Counted from the first letter of the stretch, positions 1 to 10,612 are shown. The stretch: 64,000 nt of DNA from Terrimicrobiaceae bacterium (GCA_041752695.1 JBGSVZ010000113.1:1-64000); one strand, 5' to 3'. Numbers and translations are program-made. The notes: generated by a model not told the origin, from the sequence alone.

Positions 1-140
1 CTCTCCGCCTCACCCAGCGCACCGTCAAATTCTTGCGCTGGTTGCGCGCCTCGCTCACCCGCGAGGCTCCCTGGCTCACTCTTATCGCTTCCCTTAGGCA
101 TTCTTATGCTTCCATTTAGCTTCTTCTTTCAACACCGTTG
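1..140 (+). mobile_element. 3' end of an insertion sequence (probably IS4-family): transposase C-terminus plus terminal inverted repeat
   Basis: Open frame 3-119 reads LRLTQRTVKFLRWLRASLTREAPWLTLIASLRHSYASI*, resembling verrucomicrobial DDE transposase C-termini. It is followed by ctttcaacaccgttg (ends at 140), where the cassette A reading frame stops looking like protein A. Confidence 0.55.
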
Positions 141-555
141 AGGCGGTGGTAATGCCGGTCTGGTCAAAGGTGCGGATCATTCCCGGCTGGGAGGCCCAAC
201 CGACGCGAGATTGGATCGTGGCGTCGCGGATCTGGCCCTGAACAAGATTCACCGCCGTCTCTGCGAGTCGCAGTGTTTCCTGCCCGTTGGAGAAAGCGGC
301 CGCATTCTGGCGGTCAGTCCGGGAGCTCGCAAAAAGCGCCAGCACAACGGCGGAGAGAAGGACCAGAAACGTCAGCGCGATGAGCAGCGCGGCCCCGGAG
401 TTCTTTGAACCACGGATGGACACGGATACAGGAGAAAGGCGTTCGCTGATGGCCGCAGATGGCCGCAGTTTTCTGAGCCCTACTCCGTCATTAGCGGCCT
501 CCAGTTTTCCCTCCTCCGATCCGCGGACATCCGTGGTTTGAAAGTGCTGTTTCAT
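141..555 (-). pseudogene. Verru_Chthon cassette protein A, N-terminal fragment interrupted by IS
   Basis: PilX-like N-terminus GAALLIALTFLVLLSAVVLALF...AVNLVQGQIRDAT...WASQPGMIRTF. The family is normally over 1000 aa; here the frame runs into IS sequence and stops at 94. ATG at 555. Confidence 0.8.
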
Positions 556-556
556 T

Positions 557-1654
557 TCAATTTTCCCTCTGGGCAGAGAATTTCGCGCCGCGCAGGGCAA
601 TGACCTGATTAAAAATGCGAAACTGGACACCGGCGGCGGTTAGTTGAGTAGAGAGGTCGTCGAGGTCTTTCTGAAAATTGGTTTCCGAGGGATCGGTGAA
701 CCAAGAAGGATCCAGCGTGAGCGCGGCAGGTGGATTGGTTCCGGGGGTCAGCCTGGCGGCGCTCTTTTCATCAACTGCTACCATGACGACGCGCAGCAGC
801 GGGGGAAGCTGGGCAAATTGCGCGGCGTCGCGGGCGTTGGAACGGTTCTGGCCCGCAGTCGAACGGGAGTCGTACAGGTAGCTGTTTGTAATGTCATCCC
901 TGCCCGTCAGCCCGAGGGATGCAGCGTCCTGCTCCGGTACCTCAGGGCGGATGATAAGGGCGATGATATTGTCCACCAGAACATGCGCCTTGCCATCGGT
1001 TTTCAGCCCGACGGTGATCCAATCCCGGTCATCGGAGGCATTGGTGTTGGTAAACGTCGGGTAATCCACAAATTTTTGAGAAGCTTGAATGTTCTCAACC
1101 AGACGGAAGCGGTGTTTTTCAGGCAGAGCCGAGAGAAACCCCGGGCGAAAATCCTTGTCCGATCCCCACTCGACGTAATACCCGCAGGCGTTCAGCAGGT
1201 TGGGGAGGTCGGCGTAGATGGCGTTGCTATCGGTGAACCCAAGCGGAGCGAAAAAAAAGATCCCGTGCCCAGGGTGGGTTGTGTCTCCGAGGATGGAATT
1301 GGCATTTCCCGAAACAAAATGCAGGTCACTTGCGCGCCCATATTTTGCAGGGACGAAGGCGGCGGCAGCGGCGGCGTTGGCTGCCAAGCTCGGACGTCGT
1401 GTCCAGTCCGAGGCATAGTAGTCCAAGTAAGTGTTAACCGTGGCCTGAGAGAGACGCCGGGTCAAGGTATCGAATGCAGCTCGCGCATCGTCAAACATCG
1501 CAATGGATGAGTGGGTTGATCTCCAGAGTTTGAAGGAGTTGTCGGTCAACGAAAACAGAACCAGCACGAAAAGGCTGAGCACTGCCATCGTTACAAGCAG
1601 CTCCAACAAAGTAAATCCTTTGCGGGGCGGAAGGGGATGCCTCGCTTGCCTCAT
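557..1654 (-). CDS. Verru_Chthon cassette protein C (prepilin-type N-terminal cleavage/methylation motif)
   Basis: KGFTLLELLVTMAVL; RRLSQATVNTYLDY; YGRASDLHF; HGIFFFAPLG; LLNACGYYVEWGSD; QLPPLLRVVMVAVDE. Confidence 0.9.
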   Translation of the reverse strand: MRQARHPLPPRKGFTLLELLVTMAVLSLFVLVLFSLTDNSFKLWRSTHSSIAMFDDARAAFDTLTRRLSQATVNTYLDYYASDWTRRPSLAANAAAAAAFVPAKYGRASDLHFVSGNANSILGDTTHPGHGIFFFAPLGFTDSNAIYADLPNLLNACGYYVEWGSDKDFRPGFLSALPEKHRFRLVENIQASQKFVDYPTFTNTNASDDRDWITVGLKTDGKAHVLVDNIIALIIRPEVPEQDAASLGLTGRDDITNSYLYDSRSTAGQNRSNARDAAQFAQLPPLLRVVMVAVDEKSAARLTPGTNPPAALTLDPSWFTDPSETNFQKDLDDLSTQLTAAGVQFRIFNQVIALRGAKFSAQREN

Positions 1655-1667
1655 TTGTAAGTCGGGT

Positions 1668-2129
1668 CTAGAGCGAAGCGTTCTCTGCCTTGGCAACCAG
1701 AACACCTGCAGTTGCCTTGTCCGTGGGAATACTTCCGATCCCGGTTGGGTTCGGTAAGGCGATCAACTTGGCTCGGCGAAGGGAGACAGATGTGGTGCCT
1801 CCGGGCAGGGTGGCGTTCTCGAAAACGATCTTGGCCGAATACGCGATCTGGCCGGTAACGATTTCCTTGCCTTCCACGTCAAAGTTCCTCTGAACGCCGT
1901 CCAAGGCATCCAATTTCGCCCCGTCGGTTAGAATCAACTCGGCAGTCAGGCGCTGCTGGATCTGGCAAAGCACAGTGCTCACTTTAGCCTCTTTATGCGT
2001 AGTGAGAGCCACCGGAATCAACCCGACAAGGCCCACAATCGCAAAGGCAAAAATGCCGAGAGCCATCGCTACCTCGACCAATGAGAAAGCCTGGCGTCTA
2101 AACACGCACGTGGTTCGGGGGAGATTCAT
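1668..2129 (-). CDS. Verru_Chthon cassette protein B (pilin-like)
   Basis: AFSLVEVAMALGIFAFAIVGLVGLIPVAL prepilin motif; about 150 aa; FDVEG motif. Confidence 0.9.
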   Translation of the reverse strand: MNLPRTTCVFRRQAFSLVEVAMALGIFAFAIVGLVGLIPVALTTHKEAKVSTVLCQIQQRLTAELILTDGAKLDALDGVQRNFDVEGKEIVTGQIAYSAKIVFENATLPGGTTSVSLRRAKLIALPNPTGIGSIPTDKATAGVLVAKAENASL

Positions 2130-2135
2130 GCTCAA

Positions 2136-2198
2136 AATGTACCCACGATGTAATTACAATTCAACCGCACTTTGCGCAAGATGCAACCTTGATTTGCG
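2136..2198 (-). promoter_or_regulatory. Promoter TTGAAT-17-TACATT preceded by CGCAA-N17-CGCAA operator (2172-2198)
   Basis: Read on the minus strand; the -10 lies 6 nt before the ATG at 2129 (leaderless). The same operator recurs at five other promoters. Confidence 0.7.
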
Positions 2199-2314
2199 AC
2201 ATCCAAACCGAGGCCAGGTTTGCACTTTGGTAGCTGATCTGCTTGTACAAGCGATCATCTGAGTTTGCGTAGCAGGGTGGCCGGTTGCACCCGAGGTAGA
2301 TCCTTCAGGGAGGT

Positions 2315-5300
2315 TCACGGTGCGGACCTTTCCGTATTGGGGTTGTCGTCGGGCTTGTCAACCATGCCCTCGACGCTGCGTCTTGGCACCAGGCTGGCAG
2401 GTTGCGGAGATCCGATTGCAGGAAGGGTTGGGGCTATGACAGTTTCCTTGCTGTTGCGAGTGATCTTGACGGGTTGTCCGCTTGCAAGCGTGACGACTTC
2501 GCCTTGGTCGCCGACGGAAACCTTAACGGATTTGCCCCCGTCTACGGCTTCAAACTGCGGGGAGGGCTTTCCCTTTCCAACCGGATAAAGCACCACTGTC
2601 ATCTCGTCTTTGCCTTGGAATGGAAGGGAGAGCCACTGGGCCATCTCGCCAAAAGCATAGGGCGGCAGCTTGGAGTCTTTATCGGTGGCCAGCGCCACGT
2701 CACGACCTAGAACGAAGCCATGACGATGGGAGTGAAAGGGCCCGCCATTCCATGGCAGAGGCTCGGGGCCCTTGGGGCCTTCGGGGCCCCTTGCAAAGTC
2801 TGCCGGACGTTTGTTGTGGCCCCACCCAAAGGCCATGATGTCCGCCCGCGAGGCGTCCTGACCGGTGGCAACAAAAACGGCAATATCCGTTTCCATCTGC
2901 CCCTTGAAATCAAGAAGGTCTTTGGATTTGGCAGGATTCTCCAGAGCAAGGAGATGGATGTTTGCCCTCGGCTCATGGCTGAACTGGAACTTCGGTAGGG
3001 CCTCGGTGAGCGCTTTCCGCAGGTCCGGCGCGTCGCGGTCGAGGTCCACCTGGGTGCCGCGCCCCGGAACGAAGGCCTTTCGGCCAGCGGCAACGAGGGC
3101 TGCGGAGGTGGCGTCGTCTGCACCAAGTAGCTTGAGATAGGCAGCGAGCTCGGCAAAAAGCTCGTCGGCCTGCGACGGCGAAAACGAAGCGTCGCGCACA
3201 TAGGCCTCGAGACATTCCTCCACGACCAGCGCAATGCGCTTTTGCAGCTGTGCAGGATCAAGCGTATCCCGAATCTGCCCGGCCAGTTCGTCCCGGATGA
3301 CAAGGTAATCTGCGATTGGTGAGCCTTCCGGATGCTTGACGAAAAGCATCAGACGGCGGTTGGTTTTCGGAGAGGTTTGAATCGCCTGATAATCCCAAAG
3401 AGCCCGCGTCGAAGCATACGGCGGAGTCATGATCTGAAGAGAATCGCTTTTGTTATCCGCGACAACCAGGTCGGCATCAGGCGTAGATTCGAATGCCATC
3501 ATATCGGCGACGGGAGAGCTTGCGGTGAGCCCAAAGGTGACCTTGTTGTGGGTCCAGTCCGGGTTCATGCGCGGGTTATAAAAACTGCTGTAATCAACCG
3601 CAAGATAGTCGCCTGCCCCCCAAAAGGTGAACGAAAGCTCGTCGCCCTGGTAGTGGTTGCGGGCAGGGCCGGCCTTGAAGGTGACGAGGCCCTCATCCGG
3701 TTTGCCGAATCGGCTGCGAAGGAAGGCCCCGATGCCGCCGAAGTATTTTGAATCCAGCTTCCAGTCCGGGTTGGCCGGCATCGCCGGATCGGTGGTACTG
3801 AGAGTGGATCCAAGTGTGCCGGGCTTGATGGACTCCCCATCTTTGATCGCGCTTTTTGCCGCCGCCATCAGATCGGCAGCAAATGCAGGATCGGACTTCT
3901 GGTAGGCCATGGCGGCCTGTTGGAGGACTTCGACCCGAACATCGTGGCCTGAGTCACCAATTGCCATTTGCCCCCTCGCACCTTTGCGTTTGTCAAAGGG
4001 CGTCAAAAGGTTTTCCACAAATCCAAGCGCGCCTCGAAAATTTGGATCCGCAAAGGGGTCGGCAAGTCCGGACCGACGAAAGGCCTGAGCAGTCGGAAGA
4101 AAGACACTAAATGCATGACCGGTGTATCCGGGTGATTCCGTCCAACCTCCACCCGGTTGCCAGCTCGAACGCGCAACGTCCGCAGCAATTTCCCGCTTTG
4201 ATGACGCGGCCCATTTTTCCGAATCCGGGTGCGTATTGAGCTGTGCGGCAACCATTCCCGGGATGTTGTGCATGTCGGTGTGGAAATTAGGGTTGCCGAT
4301 GCCCCAGTCGTAATATCGACCGTTCCAGAAATCCGGATCACTAAAGATGTAGGCCATGGCCGCCATGTCGCGATTCTTGGCGGCGAGACCATCCTTTCTC
4401 CACGCGTTGTTGATCGAATTATCCCAGATTGTGGCGCGAATTCCGCGTGGCGCGGTGGTGGGATTGAGCGTGCCCTCCGTGTAACCACCCGAGTAGATCC
4501 AATTGGCGTTCGGCTTGAACAGGCTCGGCGGCTGGTAAATGAAAACGGTTTCCTTTGCCGCGTCTCCGCTTTGAATTTTTGTGGCGGTCAGCCAGTCCTT
4601 GCCAAAACTGGGGTCCACCGACTCCGTCGGGTTTCCCTTCGCGTCCGTGCCGATCGTGAGCGTCTTTTGCATGTCAGCGATGTAGTCGTTGACCAGTTTT
4701 GCAAGCGGCGATTTGCCCTCTCGGATTTCCTTCTGCATGGCAATGGAATCTTCAAGACCGCGGAAGATTCCCTTGTCTACGTTCTTATCCATGTCCGGCC
4801 AGGTGAAAACCCAGTCCTTGATTTTGCTGACCGGCAGGTGGGCAAAACGCACGAGCGTCTGCACGGAGGCATTGCGCACGGGGGCTGACGTCACACTGGA
4901 AAGCTTGTCAGCCCGCCGCCTAACATCCTCCGCAGTAGGTTCGGGATTTTTTCCCAGTCGTTCCTGGACGATTTCCTCATCAGATATTGCAGGCCATCCC
5001 AGAACGTGAAGTTTTTCCGCAACCGCCTCCGGTGTCATTTTGAAGTCCTTGTTTCCAGCGTTGGCGGCTTTGAGCTCCTGCTCGGCTTTCTTCATCAGAT
5101 TCTTTTTTTCACTTGCGACCTGGTTTTTCACTGTTTTGTCCATCTCGGCGGCGGCTTCCTCCCTAGCCTGACTTGTGAATTCGGAGGGCGACTTGATATC
5201 CGGTGTTGGAAATGCAGCGATGGCCCACGAACGTTCGGCTGTACTTGTGCGGACAACCCGCGGGAGCGGATCAGAAGGATCCTCCGCCGGGAGTGTGCGC

Positions 5301-6409
5301 GTGTGTGCCCCTCCCGCGATCGGCACTAGGATCCGAAGGGAGCCTTTTTTGTCTCCGGTGACAATCGCACGCGGGCGGGATTGATAGGTTGGATGCCACT
5401 TCGACATATTCCACGCGAACATGGCAAACGCAGTCTGGTTGTTTGTGCGGTCGGCCTTGTTGTAATACCAAGCGTAGGGCCCCTTCATGTATTGGTAGTC
5501 GTGCCACTTCGGATCGAGCCGGAAAAACTCATTGAGATCCGGCCATTCACCACCGCGAACATCCGCCGCCTTCCAGGCACGCAACGGCTTCTCTGATGGC
5601 GTGCCGCGCTGGTTCCCACTCTCCCAGTCAAACCATGGGCAGGCAAACTGGGTGTCCGGAGCCATATCGGCACTCAAGTCGATGTCCCAGACGCCCGAAA
5701 AATCCATCACGTCATCGATCTGGACGACAGGCGAACCCGCTGTGAATGTCAGTTCGCTCCGCCACGTCAGGTCTTCGTCGTTGGTAAAAGTCACGGCCAC
5801 CACGGCTCTGGCCGGGCCATCGGACAGGACTTCGGTTTTTAGCCCGTTCAGGCGAGGCTCCTCTATCGCAGCATTTCCTCCATACCATTTGGGGTCGGTG
5901 GATTGACGGAAGCCCGCAATTGGTCCCTGAGGCCCCTTTGGTCCGGAAACCAGCTTGTTGTTCGGCACTCGGAACTCTGCAGCTCCGGTGTTGACGAGCA
6001 AATAGTCGCCGTCCTTGCTGATCGCAATGGCCGTGTCGGGAAAGGCGGCGGGCTGAACATCCGGCCCCCCCCAAGTGAGCTTCACGTTGAACTTTTCTGC
6101 GGATCCCTCGGGCGCCTCGCCCTTCTTGTTGGCCGAAGCCAGGTGGAGCCAGAGAACCCACTCACCCCTTTTCACGGAACCATCGGGAAAGCTTTCAAGT
6201 GCCCGGCGTTGGAAAAACACGGGAGCTCCATCCACCGTCGCTCCGAGCGACCCGAGGGCGACCCCAGGCTTTTCAAACGTCTCCTCGAACCGGACGGCCT
6301 GCTTTCCATGGTCTGTTCCGAACGGGTCTTCGATAAGAAGGGCCTTCTCTCCGGCAAACAGTGTCGATGCGAGAGACAAGGAAATGACGAGAAGCACAGG
6401 AATTTTCAT
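2315..6409 (-). CDS. Large secreted protein with heparinase II/III- or oligo-alginate-lyase-like module
   Basis: Signal peptide MKIPVLLVISLSLASTLFA; GGGWTESPGY, GAFLRS and HYQGDELSF motifs; charged helical insert in the middle. Confidence 0.6.
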   Translation of the reverse strand: MKIPVLLVISLSLASTLFAGEKALLIEDPFGTDHGKQAVRFEETFEKPGVALGSLGATVDGAPVFFQRRALESFPDGSVKRGEWVLWLHLASANKKGEAPEGSAEKFNVKLTWGGPDVQPAAFPDTAIAISKDGDYLLVNTGAAEFRVPNNKLVSGPKGPQGPIAGFRQSTDPKWYGGNAAIEEPRLNGLKTEVLSDGPARAVVAVTFTNDEDLTWRSELTFTAGSPVVQIDDVMDFSGVWDIDLSADMAPDTQFACPWFDWESGNQRGTPSEKPLRAWKAADVRGGEWPDLNEFFRLDPKWHDYQYMKGPYAWYYNKADRTNNQTAFAMFAWNMSKWHPTYQSRPRAIVTGDKKGSLRILVPIAGGAHTRTLPAEDPSDPLPRVVRTSTAERSWAIAAFPTPDIKSPSEFTSQAREEAAAEMDKTVKNQVASEKKNLMKKAEQELKAANAGNKDFKMTPEAVAEKLHVLGWPAISDEEIVQERLGKNPEPTAEDVRRRADKLSSVTSAPVRNASVQTLVRFAHLPVSKIKDWVFTWPDMDKNVDKGIFRGLEDSIAMQKEIREGKSPLAKLVNDYIADMQKTLTIGTDAKGNPTESVDPSFGKDWLTATKIQSGDAAKETVFIYQPPSLFKPNANWIYSGGYTEGTLNPTTAPRGIRATIWDNSINNAWRKDGLAAKNRDMAAMAYIFSDPDFWNGRYYDWGIGNPNFHTDMHNIPGMVAAQLNTHPDSEKWAASSKREIAADVARSSWQPGGGWTESPGYTGHAFSVFLPTAQAFRRSGLADPFADPNFRGALGFVENLLTPFDKRKGARGQMAIGDSGHDVRVEVLQQAAMAYQKSDPAFAADLMAAAKSAIKDGESIKPGTLGSTLSTTDPAMPANPDWKLDSKYFGGIGAFLRSRFGKPDEGLVTFKAGPARNHYQGDELSFTFWGAGDYLAVDYSSFYNPRMNPDWTHNKVTFGLTASSPVADMMAFESTPDADLVVADNKSDSLQIMTPPYASTRALWDYQAIQTSPKTNRRLMLFVKHPEGSPIADYLVIRDELAGQIRDTLDPAQLQKRIALVVEECLEAYVRDASFSPSQADELFAELAAYLKLLGADDATSAALVAAGRKAFVPGRGTQVDLDRDAPDLRKALTEALPKFQFSHEPRANIHLLALENPAKSKDLLDFKGQMETDIAVFVATGQDASRADIMAFGWGHNKRPADFARGPEGPKGPEPLPWNGGPFHSHRHGFVLGRDVALATDKDSKLPPYAFGEMAQWLSLPFQGKDEMTVVLYPVGKGKPSPQFEAVDGGKSVKVSVGDQGEVVTLASGQPVKITRNSKETVIAPTLPAIGSPQPASLVPRRSVEGMVDKPDDNPNTERSAP

Positions 6410-6441
6410 CTGGAATTCGTGAAGGAGATGTATCGTGAGGA

Positions 6442-9255
6442 TTAGCGAAGAATTCCGAGCATCATGGTTTCTCCCTCGGGAGTGGATTTTCCCCATGACG
6501 GGACATTCGCGGTTGGTATGGTATTGCCTGTGCCATCATGTGAGCCAACGGCCACGATCTCGCCATTCGGCAGCGCGGCGACCGCAGCAATCCGGGTGTT
6601 TCCCGCCCCCTCACCTTTTTCCGTGTCCCAGTCAGTTCCGGTAAGAGCTGTAGCGTAGGTTACGGTGGACAGATCGGCGGAATGCACCCGGAAGAAGTCA
6701 TGCCATGGGGCCTTGCCATCAAGCGGGCTGGTCATTTTTTGAAAAGCATTTGAAGTCGAAATTCCCGCGCGCGTCGTGCCGGCGGCATAGACTTTTCCAT
6801 CGAGGCCCACTCCAAGACTCCGCCCCTGCGCTCCTTTGAGATTGGCATTCCCTGCATTGTGGTCAGGCCAGCCGGCAAGGTTTGGGTCTTCATAGGGCTT
6901 TCCAAAGTTGCTGCCGAAGGGGTCCAGGCCAACGAACCATGTCGCGTTGATGAAATTCCCCGTGGAGGCACCAAACCGGGCGATCCACTGGTAGTGCTCG
7001 TTTCCGCTTGTTCCCGTCTGTCGCCGCATGAAAGATCCCCCCTCCTTGCCATGCCAGAAATTGCTCACTTCATTCCCATGCGACCTCGCCATCACGACCA
7101 CGCTGGAATCGGACGCTGGTTGTGAGTAATCCACAGCGACCGCATCGACATATTGATCTGGAGTTGATGTAAATCCGGCGCCCTGCGAAAACGCACAAAC
7201 AGTGCCGGGGGCCGAAGGGTCGCCCAGCAGACGAGTCATGGAGCCGGTGGCCTTTTCAAGTCCGGTCGCCAAATTCAGCCGCGTCCACTGATTCGAACCA
7301 GAGGCTTCGCGCTTAAAAAGGCCACGGTCTCCGCTGACACAAAAGACTTCGGTGCCACCGGGCAAACAAAGCACGTCGTTTATTTTTGAGTTTCCAACCT
7401 TCTCTTCCGTCCATGTCGCCCCGCCATCTGCACTCACACGAATCCCATATACCTTCACTCCGTTGACCGTGTCGCTTTTGTTGTAACTACTCACAAAAAT
7501 CATGTCGGAATTTGTGGGATCCAAAGAGATTCCCGTGAAATTGTTCCCCGGAACACGGCAATCCGTCCACGTTGTTCCCGCATCAGCCGATTTAAAAAGC
7601 CCATCCTTCCCAAGGGCAAAAATAGTGCTGCGATCCTTTGGGGTGAAAGTGAATTCCCGGACAGATTTCAGCGGCAGCGATTCGGCAAAGGACTTCCAAT
7701 TTTCTCCGTCGTCCTCCGATACAAAACGATCTCCATTTTCGAACGCACAAAAGACAATTTTGGAGTTCGCGGGATGAACGGCTAGCGCGCTAACAGCCGG
7801 GCGCTTTTTTCCTGAGCTTCCGACCGGGAGCAAAGTCCACGAGACTCCGCTGTCACGGCTTCTCACAAGATCCCCGCGGATTGTCCCCGCGAAGACCGTC
7901 CTTCCGGTATTGTCCACGGCAATCGCCATGACCGGCAGTGACGGGATTCCTTTGCTGAAAAGCTCCCATTTCCCACCGGTTAGGCGGGAAACGCCGGCAT
8001 TTTCGGCGACGTAGATGATTTCACCTCCACGGACTACCGCATTCGCTGCACCATAAACGAACCCTTCGCCAAGGACTTTCCATGTGTCGCCAGAATCCTT
8101 GCTAACAAAGGGACCGGCATTTTGGCTAATCTCAGAATACATGCGACTCCACCAGCGCAGGTCACCTTGACTTGTAAACGCAATGAGGGTGGGCTCAAAA
8201 TCCGGTGCATTGGGAATAGGCGACCATGAAGGAAGAATGCTCTGCACATTGTATCCGACAAAAAAGTCGTTGCTGCGGCGGTCGACGGCAATGCAGGCCG
8301 TGGACGCCGCTGTGTTTCGCGAACGGTAGCCGGTGTAGCCGCGCCCCTCGTTTCCAGCCTCGATGGGTTGAGAGTAGTAGAGATCATCCGGAAAACTTCC
8401 TTTGCGGACACCTCCATTCCCATCAGGAGTCAGGGCCTCAAACTCAGCCCATGTGCGCGAACGCAGGTCGCCGCTTCCGGTTTTCAAGGAAAGGATTTTT
8501 GCCTCCGATCCGTCCGGTTGGGTGCGACCATGACTGCTTCTCCAGTTGGGAACCGAGTCCAAGCCAGAACCATCGGCCTTCAATCGGCACACGACGCCCC
8601 AGTCATTTTTTGGATTATTGTAAAAAACGATTTTCCCATCTCCTCCGACATCCCAAATGGCATCAATCGGAACTTTTCCGATCCGGCCAAGCCCATCATC
8701 ATACCCCCAGGAGAGCTTTGTTGGACGGCCATCGAGAAAATTGGCATCCAGTTTTCCAAGCCAATACGTTTTTGGTGTCGAACTTCCTCCGGCGATGTAG
8801 AGACTTCCGGTTTTTGATCCCGGAACCGAGTTGGTCTTGATCGCCGCGATCCCTGATCCGCCGAGCCCGGAAGGAAATGCCACGACGGCCAATACCTGGC
8901 CGAGATCGGCGGATAGGTGGAGTAGAACCGACCGGCGGCCGCCGTCGTCGGAATCCGAAGTGGGGAGTTTCCAGCCATTTGCCGCCGCCGCCGGAATGTC
9001 GATGATTGGCACGTCCTTCGGCACCCACTCAAGATCAGCAGCCGAGCCGCCCGCAAGGATCGTTCCGTCGCTGAGCGGCAACACCGACAGCAGTCGGGCA
9101 TTCTTTCCCGCGAGGAAAACGCGCGAGACGTCCTCTGCACAGGCAAGCCCGGAGGCGAGGAGCAGGCCGAAAAGGAAGGAGGGAATCAGGTAACGGAAAG
9201 CGCGTCCTTCACCAGGTAAGGCAGCCGATTTCGTTGGAGTTACCGGGGTTCTCAT
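6442..9255 (-). CDS. Secreted beta-propeller protein with central BNR/Asp-box (VPS10/GH74-like) repeats
   Basis: Signal peptide; Asp-boxes SKDSGDTW, SRDSGVSW, SEDDGENW, SADAGTTW, SADGGATW. Confidence 0.7.
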   Translation of the reverse strand: MRTPVTPTKSAALPGEGRAFRYLIPSFLFGLLLASGLACAEDVSRVFLAGKNARLLSVLPLSDGTILAGGSAADLEWVPKDVPIIDIPAAAANGWKLPTSDSDDGGRRSVLLHLSADLGQVLAVVAFPSGLGGSGIAAIKTNSVPGSKTGSLYIAGGSSTPKTYWLGKLDANFLDGRPTKLSWGYDDGLGRIGKVPIDAIWDVGGDGKIVFYNNPKNDWGVVCRLKADGSGLDSVPNWRSSHGRTQPDGSEAKILSLKTGSGDLRSRTWAEFEALTPDGNGGVRKGSFPDDLYYSQPIEAGNEGRGYTGYRSRNTAASTACIAVDRRSNDFFVGYNVQSILPSWSPIPNAPDFEPTLIAFTSQGDLRWWSRMYSEISQNAGPFVSKDSGDTWKVLGEGFVYGAANAVVRGGEIIYVAENAGVSRLTGGKWELFSKGIPSLPVMAIAVDNTGRTVFAGTIRGDLVRSRDSGVSWTLLPVGSSGKKRPAVSALAVHPANSKIVFCAFENGDRFVSEDDGENWKSFAESLPLKSVREFTFTPKDRSTIFALGKDGLFKSADAGTTWTDCRVPGNNFTGISLDPTNSDMIFVSSYNKSDTVNGVKVYGIRVSADGGATWTEEKVGNSKINDVLCLPGGTEVFCVSGDRGLFKREASGSNQWTRLNLATGLEKATGSMTRLLGDPSAPGTVCAFSQGAGFTSTPDQYVDAVAVDYSQPASDSSVVVMARSHGNEVSNFWHGKEGGSFMRRQTGTSGNEHYQWIARFGASTGNFINATWFVGLDPFGSNFGKPYEDPNLAGWPDHNAGNANLKGAQGRSLGVGLDGKVYAAGTTRAGISTSNAFQKMTSPLDGKAPWHDFFRVHSADLSTVTYATALTGTDWDTEKGEGAGNTRIAAVAALPNGEIVAVGSHDGTGNTIPTANVPSWGKSTPEGETMMLGILR

Positions 9256-9496
9256 TTTTGCTCAGGAAGCGGGACGGCATAGCTTTTCAACCTGCCTAGG
9301 TCGCAATTTATGACGGAGGGAACATTCCAAAGGGCGGCGACAGCCAACGCGTCAATAATCGAGGCGAGCACGAATGTGCGGAAATGCTGGGGCTGGCCCC
9401 AGTCAAGACAGACCCCCCGGACGATTGGCAGAATGCTGCAAATGATGCCTCCACGCTGCACGAACCGGGCGGTTTTCCAGATTTTAGGCCGTCCGG

Positions 9497-10612
9497 TCAT
9501 GGGGAGGAAAGTGTTTCGCATTCGTCTACGGGACCACCATGGATGATTGATTCTTCCACGGCGAATGCGAGCCGCATCGTGGCAAGGGATTCTCTGACGG
9601 GAACCAGCGGCCCTCGGCCGGCACCGATACTTTCAAGGTAACGCCTCAGGAAGCCGGTCATGTCGTGGTGAAGTTCGTTCTGCAGATCGCAGGAAAAATC
9701 CTCGGTGCGCTCCAGGACGGTATCCTTCGCGGCGTGATCGTAGCGAAAGAGGTGGAGCTTTGCGCCGTAGAAATCTGCGAGGCAGGAGCATTGCGTTCCC
9801 ATGAGCGAAAGGCGGAACTCGTGCCCTGGAACGGATGCCCAGTTCACATTCAAGGAGGGATGCCGCCGATACCAACACGGCGCACGGTTGTGAAAGATCT
9901 CGAGGCTCGCCGTCCGGCCGTCTGCCGTCTCGAGAGCCATAAACACATGGTCGGGCACATCCGGCGGGTAATACGGCAGCGAGTTTTTGGCGGAGCGAAA
10001 GGCCTGCACTCGCGAAAAGCCCCCGAACAACGTGCGTAGCATGTCGAGTTGATGGATTCCGCAGTGGAGGACAATTCCTCCGCCTTGCTCACGCCGAAGC
10101 CGATGCTGGCTGGCAGGGTCGGCATCTGCCGCGTCCGACCACCAGTGGCCACGCGAGTCGGTGCAACTGGCTGAAACGAGATCCCCGAAAAATCCCTCAT
10201 TCAGAAGTTCCACCAGCCGCCGCGGCATCTTGGAGTGGATATATTCGAAATTAATCTGAAGGCTGCCACGGGAACCCTCTGCCGCCCGCACCATCTCCTC
10301 GCACTCCCCGATAGTCGGCGCCATGGGTTTTTCGCAGAAGACATGCAGATTGTGCGAAAGAGCCTCTATTGTCGAAGCGCGGTGCTGATGGTTGGCGTTG
10401 ATCACCAGAGCGGTATCGGTCTGCGGGTGAGCGGCGAGAAGCTCGCCGAGTGACGTGTAGCCGGGCAGTCCACACTCGACGGAAAACTCCGCCGCCCGCG
10501 CCGGATTCCCGGTCACAAATCCCGTGGCAGGAACGCCAAAGGCTTTCAGATCGCGCAAAAATCCTCGAGCGACACGACCGGTCCCGATCAGAGCAACGTT
10601 GGGCCGCTTCAT
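9497..10612 (-). CDS. Gfo/Idh/MocA family oxidoreductase
   Basis: VALIGTGRVA Rossmann start, HVFCEKPMA, GGGIVLHCGIHQLD. Confidence 0.9.
   Translation of the reverse strand: MKRPNVALIGTGRVARGFLRDLKAFGVPATGFVTGNPARAAEFSVECGLPGYTSLGELLAAHPQTDTALVINANHQHRASTIEALSHNLHVFCEKPMAPTIGECEEMVRAAEGSRGSLQINFEYIHSKMPRRLVELLNEGFFGDLVSASCTDSRGHWWSDAADADPASQHRLRREQGGGIVLHCGIHQLDMLRTLFGGFSRVQAFRSAKNSLPYYPPDVPDHVFMALETADGRTASLEIFHNRAPCWYRRHPSLNVNWASVPGHEFRLSLMGTQCSCLADFYGAKLHLFRYDHAAKDTVLERTEDFSCDLQNELHHDMTGFLRRYLESIGAGRGPLVPVRESLATMRLAFAVEESIIHGGPVDECETLSSP

Noticed and set aside
48..66. Similarity of gcctcgctcacccgcgag to 63327-63346 as a REP family
   Set aside because: Short and GC-rich, and the first copy lies in a probable transposase coding frame; likely chance
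9252..9521. 89-aa ORF and a lone CGCAA half-site at 9302
   Set aside because: No recognisable protein features; the half-site has no partner at 22 bp and the wrong orientation for the downstream gene
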